Positions 60,508-64,000 of a DNA stretch of 64,000 nt are shown in pieces. Numbering within the stretch: position 1 is the stretch's first letter; every line of letters begins with the position of its first letter. The notes beneath the pieces were generated by a model, which was not told where the DNA came from, did no database searches, and saw nothing but the letters and a program-made list of their open reading frames with translations. A program made the position numbers and the translations under genes. Origin of the DNA: Andalucia godoyi And28 (lineage: Eukaryota; Protista; Jakobida); contig VRVR01000004.1 of the NCBI GenBank assembly GCA_009859145.1, positions 446,106 through 510,105 on the forward strand, written 5' to 3'.

Positions 60508-60961
60508 TGGAAACCGGTTTTCGTAATTAGAATGCTGTGCAGCAGTGTTTTATTTATTTATTTTTATTTTATTTTTGGAAAGGAAAGCAATGACGAGTTC
60601 TCAAAAAATGGGTGCGTGCCCGTAAACACTGCTGGAGACACGAGAAATGCTCTCTTTGCTTTGGAGTGCTGTGGAACAATTGATGCCTACCAATGCATCA
60701 AGCACACACACTTTGTCTTTTTTCCCTCGTTTCTTTTAAACTTGGAAAGTCATCGGGAGGATGTTTGAAGAGAAAAAGAAATCTCAACGCTCTGCTTTGT
60801 TTATTTTATTTGTTTGTTATCAGAGAACAATTGAGTATCTACATTTGTATATAGATCGTATTTGTAATTGCACATCGTTGTACATTATTGTATTTTTAAG
60901 TCACAGCCGAGAAAACGGATCTCTGTGTGTATTGGTAGTCTGTTTCAACGAGGTCTCATGC

Positions 60962-63391
60962 ATGGCAGTTCGCCATCTTCGTTTTCGCAAATTCCGGCCT
61001 TCTTCGTTGCCTGGAGAGGACAGCTCCTCCTCTCCGTCTCGGAGGTCGTTTGATGAGCCAGCTCCTCCTGGATCGGATTCAAATTTTCTGGACGAGGACT
61101 CTCCTGTCACTCTTACCGTGCGTCCGTCGGATCGTGAACGGGTGCTTACTGCGAGCCCTTCTCCTCAGCAAGGCCGTTCGGAGCCTCCCTTTCCGAACTC
61201 TCGATCCAACTCGGATAGAACTCGAGGAAATGCAGGGATTCGCTCCGAGAATTCTTTGAAGAAGGAAAACTCCAAAACTTCCTTCAACGAAGTCGTATCC
61301 ATGGTGATGCGTCACAAGCGAGTGAACGACGATCTGTCGGGTGGCGGGCCCGCAAGCACAAACTGCATTCCTAAAGCCGTCCTGTTTCCAGAGGCATATG
61401 TTCCTGCCGGCGCGGTTCCGGGAGAAGAAAAACTTGTGGATCCACGACGGATTTCGATGAGTGACTCGAGTATTTTGTTCTCCAAATTTACGGAGGTCTA
61501 CCGTCCATTTAGCCCAGTGCTCGTTGCACCGTTGAAGGTCATGGCACCGTCGCTCCTTGCTTCTCCAAATGAGTGTTTCAATTTCGTATCTATTCCTGCT
61601 CCTAGCTCGCTGGCTGGCATGATCGTGGACCCCGTTGGAACGAAGGTGCTCGCGGAGGCGTCGTTTTCTCATGTGACTGACAAAGCCGAGTTTCATCGAG
61701 TGATTGTCGAAAATCACCATATCCGTTCCAAAAATTTGCAAGAATTGGAGGAAGCAAGATTAAAAGAACGTGAGCGATCCGGTATGTCTGATTTGGAACG
61801 GGAGCAACAGTTTATCGAAAACATGCTGAAAGCCTCTGAACGCACTGCTGAACCAGGATCGGAAATCCCAAGTTCCCCAGCAGGCTCGTCCGCAGTCTCA
61901 CCCCCAGTTTCACCAATAATTTCGCCGGGGGTGTCGTCTCCGCGTTTGCAAAGTATTGTGCAACCACCGATGCCTTCGGTTCACCAGAGCAGTCCGAGTT
62001 CTTTGCCAGTACCTTCCAACGACGGTTCTGTTTCTAAGCAGGACGCTTCGAAGAGGGGGCCGACTGATGAGGTTGCTTTCCCTGTCACACAAGAAGATCT
62101 TCGCAGAGAGCTTTCGAAATTGGAAGACAAGTTTAAGGATCTTCTTCTTGAAGAAAGCGACGTTTCCAAGCAAGTTGAGATCACTCAAGAAAAGCTGCAA
62201 GCATTCGAAGTTCGCGAACAGCAGTTGGTTGCCGAAGTTTCACAGCACGAATCAGAGATTGCGAACATGCAAAACAACCTTGTCCAAAAGCAGGAAGAGC
62301 TGGATAATGCGCGTCATTTGCTAGAGCAGTCGGTGGATCGCGAAATCAAACTCAAGTCAGAGTTTTCTGCTATGAACTCGCTCTTTGAGAAGAAGCTCAA
62401 ATCTGCGGAAATTGCGCAGAAACGGCTCAAGAAGCGACACGAGGAGGAAATTGCAGAATGGAAAGAAGCGGTTCGAATCGAGGTCGAGAACCGAGTTCGT
62501 GCTGAATTGGCGGCCGAGTCTCTTGAGAAGGCCGCTGCTGCAACTTTGCTGGCTAGACAGGTTTCCAAGGATCAGGCTTGCGAAACGGAGTCACCACAGG
62601 AAGTCCGTCATGAAGAGTCGTTGACGTCCGAACAACATATCCCCACCGACGACTCGCACGAGGTGCTGCCACTTCCACTGTCGGTGCCTGCACTGGATAT
62701 GCCATCAACAGCACACGTAGACGCACATGCTTTGACGCATGAGTTTGGTGTGCAGGTCGATCCTCCCGAGGATTTTGGAGTCCAAGTCGAGTTTGGAGTG
62801 GATGTTGGGGTCGAAACAGACGTTGAGACGCGGAGAGCATCCGTCACAACTGTTGTGAAATCACTGGAGCATCGTAATTTGTTCTCCAATCCAATGCAGC
62901 CCCGAGCCAGCACGGATTCCGTCGTTCTGCGATTGACAGAAGCTTTGCATGAGACCCTGCAGACGCAACTTACAGGCATGCCCGATGCACAGAATGATTC
63001 AGGGGAGTCTGCTCTGGACACTGCTGGAGTGCATGACTCGTCGGTTAAGAGTGCGAATGGAGACGGAGACCCGTTTTTTACGGTTCCGACATCTCCCGGT
63101 GCTGCTGACCCGAATGAATCTTCGAGCTCCGCTCCTTTTGATGGTCAAATGTTTTACATTCACCAGTTTCTCGAAAAGGAACAGCGAAGGTTGGCGCCGC
63201 CTCGCAGCAAGCATTGCACCGACCGCCCTTCCATTTCCATTCTTTCGTCGTTACGGAAGACGGAGAGTCCGCACAACGCAAAAACAACTGTCCCTCCTTC
63301 AAAAGAAAAACGAAAGGCTGTTCCGGAACATCAAAACACAATCTTGAAGCAGCTTCCACCGCGTCACAAGACTGCACAAAAGCCGAGCTGA
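60962..63391 (+). CDS. Hypothetical coiled-coil protein with S/P-rich disordered regions
   Basis: ATG 60962 inside the track ORF; central heptad-rich block. Confidence 0.75.
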   Translation: MAVRHLRFRKFRPSSLPGEDSSSSPSRRSFDEPAPPGSDSNFLDEDSPVTLTVRPSDRERVLTASPSPQQGRSEPPFPNSRSNSDRTRGNAGIRSENSLKKENSKTSFNEVVSMVMRHKRVNDDLSGGGPASTNCIPKAVLFPEAYVPAGAVPGEEKLVDPRRISMSDSSILFSKFTEVYRPFSPVLVAPLKVMAPSLLASPNECFNFVSIPAPSSLAGMIVDPVGTKVLAEASFSHVTDKAEFHRVIVENHHIRSKNLQELEEARLKERERSGMSDLEREQQFIENMLKASERTAEPGSEIPSSPAGSSAVSPPVSPIISPGVSSPRLQSIVQPPMPSVHQSSPSSLPVPSNDGSVSKQDASKRGPTDEVAFPVTQEDLRRELSKLEDKFKDLLLEESDVSKQVEITQEKLQAFEVREQQLVAEVSQHESEIANMQNNLVQKQEELDNARHLLEQSVDREIKLKSEFSAMNSLFEKKLKSAEIAQKRLKKRHEEEIAEWKEAVRIEVENRVRAELAAESLEKAAAATLLARQVSKDQACETESPQEVRHEESLTSEQHIPTDDSHEVLPLPLSVPALDMPSTAHVDAHALTHEFGVQVDPPEDFGVQVEFGVDVGVETDVETRRASVTTVVKSLEHRNLFSNPMQPRASTDSVVLRLTEALHETLQTQLTGMPDAQNDSGESALDTAGVHDSSVKSANGDGDPFFTVPTSPGAADPNESSSSAPFDGQMFYIHQFLEKEQRRLAPPRSKHCTDRPSISILSSLRKTESPHNAKTTVPPSKEKRKAVPEHQNTILKQLPPRHKTAQKPS

Positions 63392-63447
63392 GACCGACCG
63401 AGCGGATGCTTTCAGAATCGACGGTCAGGGGCGGTCTTTAGTAGAAA

Positions 63448-63776
63448 TTATAAAATTTGGTGGAGTAGCTGTGCAATGATGAATTCAAAGTGAGCAATTC
63501 CTGCGACAAGTAGGAATGGAGTAGAATTTCCCTTTATCTTTCTCTTTTTTCTCGGGAAACTAACCTTCTTCACTGTTTGCCTCGTTTCGTTATCGTTATT
63601 TCCTCTTTTGTTCGCCGGCTGCTGCAGCAGCCTTGTCTCTTTCCACTCCACGCTCTTCATCCAAATCGATTCAGATAACCTTTTCTCGCGATCAGCTACT
63701 CGGATTGCTGGAGAAGCCTCTGAATCTCTTCGTTCGGTCTGGCCGAATTCATCTGTTGAGCTGAAAAACCGAATGC
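63448..63776 (-). CDS. Possible terminal exon of an unidentified gene
   Basis: Open frame QSIRFFSSTDEFGQ...HQIL* extends upstream of track ORF 63448..63660 to an AT-rich segment ending in AG; no family recognised. Confidence 0.3.
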
Positions 63777-64000
63777 TTTGAAATAAAGAAAGCTTAAGGA
63801 AATCAAAGGAATGAATTTAAATGCAAAAACAGGGAGTTTGTCCCTTCCTCTTTTTTCCTTCCTCTCTTTCTTTTCCTTTCTGTGTTTCTGTGTGTCTCCC
63901 CCACTCTCCTTTTTCTAGTTTCTTGAGCGGATGAGCGGATGAGCATGAATAATAGTCCTTTGGGCGAAGGCCAACCAAGCGTTGCTGAATACATGGCTCT

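Noticed and set aside
60690-60711. Perfect 7-bp hairpin TTGATGC...GCATCAA in a divergent promoter
   Set aside because: A single short stem with no snoRNA boxes or other support.
1-64000. Most short or overlapping ORFs in the track (e.g. 255..650, 7443..8045, 11718..12560, 24267..25142, 35892..36620, 36753..37850)
   Set aside because: They are antisense or alternate-frame shadows of well-supported genes, or translations of microsatellites and AT-rich spacers.

Overview
This is eukaryotic nuclear DNA from a gene-dense, intron-poor, probably flagellated protist; the species cannot be determined from the sequence. It carries about 40 protein genes separated by short AT-rich spacers with microsatellites. 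The code is standard (TAA, TAG and TGA all end conserved genes), and a few GT-AG introns of about 150-220 nt are inferred. Recognisable genes: PP1 inhibitor-3, a ZnF-UBP-sirtuin fusion, a BBS-type chaperonin-like protein, condensin II CAP-D3, a CE2/SGNH esterase, an SLC43-like MFS transporter, a USP30-like deubiquitinase, aldose 1-epimerase, GFAT, a Rab-like GTPase, F-box/LRR, a LicD-family protein, CIA1, YecM, LYRM9, a Nup62 coiled-coil-only protein, APH-1, a longin, a PGPGxY-repeat protein, WDR33, UPF3, VPS26 and an RRM protein. There is also one solitary 5S rRNA gene. The most notable find is not evident from the ORF track: a decayed, internally deleted IS607-type TnpB/Fanzor2 element on the minus strand (~34866-35256). 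Its coding frame is broken, but its 3' end still folds into an omegaRNA-like structure. Several genes look bacterial in origin (ArsC-like, CE2, LicD, YecM). All assignments come from motif recognition by eye; no database searches were run.
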